Below are positions 49,985 through 51,400 of a DNA stretch of 51,400 nt, one piece after another; the stretch's first letter is position 1; the number at the start of each line of letters is the position of its first letter. The DNA is taken from NCBI GenBank assembly GCA_046290225.1, contig JBKAGE010000062.1, forward strand, positions 1-51,400, in the 5' to 3' direction. A program made the translations under genes and the position numbers. This DNA comes from Bradymonadia bacterium. Lineage in GTDB: Bacteria; Myxococcota_A; Bradymonadia; UBA7976; UBA1532. The notes beneath the pieces were generated by a model. The model was given only the letters and a program-made list of their open reading frames with translations, did no database searches and was not told where the DNA came from.

Positions 49985-51301
49985 TTACAGATCCACCGCG
50001 CCCCGGTCGAGACCATACTCCCGGTCGATGAAGCCACCTCCGTTCACCACACGTTGCAGAAAAGCCATGAGCACAATGTGAGGGGTGGCCTCGGGGTAAG
50101 TCACCCCGCGTTGGGTCAGCCCGCGGCCGTGCCTGCGCCAGAACGCCGCAAAGTCCTCCAGGGCACCGCGCATGTCGAAGCGTCCATCCTCCAACGCGTA
50201 TTTTGTCGGATGCACCACGATCTGCGGCTCATAGTTCGCCGTGAGCCCGCGGATGATGACCTCGCGATAGATGGGGTTCGCCGGGCGGGCGGGGTAATCC
50301 CGGGCGATGAGGCCCAGATCTCGCACGTAGCTGAAGTCTTCGTTGTAAGTGAAATCCTGAGCCGCCTCGACGCTCTGCTCCGTAATCAGGGGCGCCAGCA
50401 CGCGCTGTACCTCGGGCTCGTGCAGGCGGGCGATGAGCGAATCGAGATGAGTGGCTCGGGCCAGAATCAAACGCTCCTTTGCGCGGTCGATGTGGGCCAC
50501 CGTCACAGTGTCGGCCACCTTCATCTTGTGCACCACCTCTGCCGCCAGCGCGTTGGCAAGCCACGGTTGGCCTTGGGTCAGCGCGAAGGCCCGCTCGATG
50601 GCCGCCTCTTCGAATGCTTGCCCCGTAACCTCAGTGTGTTGGCGATAGAGAGTGGCCACCTCGTTCAGCGTGAAGTCTCCCATGGTCAGCGACTCCACCT
50701 TGATATTGAACGGGCTCGACATACCCAATCGTGGGCCGACTCCACTGGCCATCTTGTAATCGCGCACGTCCCGCAGCCCACACAGTACCACCGACCACGG
50801 TGCGCGCGCCGGGCGCCTGGGATAGCCCGCGCGAAGCTGTCGCAGCACTGAGATCAAGCTCTGTCCTCTCAGGGCGTCGATCTCGTCGAAGAAGAGCACC
50901 AGGGGTCTGGGGCATGCCTGCACCCACATCGACAGGGCAGTTTGTAGTCTGGGCGCTCCTGCTTTCCGAAAGTTCTCTGGTGGGTGCATCTCTGGAGGAA
51001 GCTGCTCAGATGCCTCATCGAGGAGACTGCCGATCAGCTCGCTCTGAGCACGCTCGTAATCATCGCCCGCAGCTGCACCCGCTTCGCAGCTGAAGTAGAC
51101 CGCCGCAAATTCACCTTGAGCGGTGATGTCCTCAGCAACGGCTTTGAGGCTGGTGGTCTTGCCACATTGTCGCGGCGCGTGCACTACAATGTAGTCGCCG
51201 GCTTCGGCGTGATCGAAGACCGGAGCGAGGCGAGGGGCCGCCGGGAGCATATAGTGATACTTCGGGCTACAGGGCCCGGCGATGTTGAAGCGTTTCTTCA
51301 T
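49985..51301 (-). CDS. AAA-type P-loop ATPase (N-terminal part of an ATPase-nuclease fusion), truncated by an in-frame stop
   Basis: RFNIAGPC..HYMLP, Walker A APRQCGKTT, Walker B LFFDEID, SPFNIK, TQGQPWLAN, ANPIYREVI, FLQRVVNGGG.IDREY. Confidence 0.88.
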   Translation of the reverse strand: MKKRFNIAGPCSPKYHYMLPAAPRLAPVFDHAEAGDYIVVHAPRQCGKTTSLKAVAEDITAQGEFAAVYFSCEAGAAAGDDYERAQSELIGSLLDEASEQLPPEMHPPENFRKAGAPRLQTALSMWVQACPRPLVLFFDEIDALRGQSLISVLRQLRAGYPRRPARAPWSVVLCGLRDVRDYKMASGVGPRLGMSSPFNIKVESLTMGDFTLNEVATLYRQHTEVTGQAFEEAAIERAFALTQGQPWLANALAAEVVHKMKVADTVTVAHIDRAKERLILARATHLDSLIARLHEPEVQRVLAPLITEQSVEAAQDFTYNEDFSYVRDLGLIARDYPARPANPIYREVIIRGLTANYEPQIVVHPTKYALEDGRFDMRGALEDFAAFWRRHGRGLTQRGVTYPEATPHIVLMAFLQRVVNGGGFIDREYGLDRGAVDL

Positions 51302-51400
51302 GAGACTATCCCATTAACAGCTTCGTGAGCCAGAGCCAGGCAAACGCGACATAGACGAAGGCCTCAAAGTTGCGAGGATTCCTCTCCCAGCGTGTGCTGA

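Noticed and set aside
33984..51400. Integrated mobile element or prophage explaining the accessory block and fibre gene
   Set aside because: No integrase, transposase, tRNA, att repeats or phage structural genes recognised, and the fibre has a Sec-type signal peptide.

Overview
GC-rich (about 65%) bacterial chromosomal window. The gene style (Gly/Met-rich lipoprotein linkers, TSP3-repeat giants, ECF sigma plus caspase, ferritin-like lipoprotein family) suggests Myxococcota or a related deltaproteobacterial lineage; this is an inference. Left to right: glnB-glnA (minus); an ACE-like M2 peptidase lipoprotein; a 21-kb tandem array of four paralogous ~1700-aa Ca-binding (TSP3-repeat) C-type-lectin lipoproteins; an SDR and an orphan histidine kinase with a WLGD-repeat tail; a three-gene unit of two Cys-rich lipoproteins ending in the same 22-aa tail (GRPF...HRTDWV) plus a stand-alone ferritin-like di-iron protein; an exported protein plus metallophosphoesterase; a MepA/LysM endopeptidase; an accessory block bracketed by two paralogous LuxR regulators (rhodanese, giant pentapeptide-repeat lipoprotein, CsgG/FlgO-like protein, caspase, convergent ECF sigma/anti-sigma pair); a small lipoprotein plus a secreted coiled-coil/beta-helix fibre with a low-GC tip; an FGE-sulfatase-fold lipoprotein; and an AAA ATPase/PD-(D/E)xK gene interrupted by an in-frame TAA. 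No rRNA, tRNA, CRISPR array, transposase, integrase or reverse transcriptase was recognised. The best candidate for an undescribed system is the split ferritin-like enzyme with two tail-tagged partners (28456-30244), followed by the caspase/ECF block and the four-gene lectin array. All assignments are from motif reading by eye; no searches were run.
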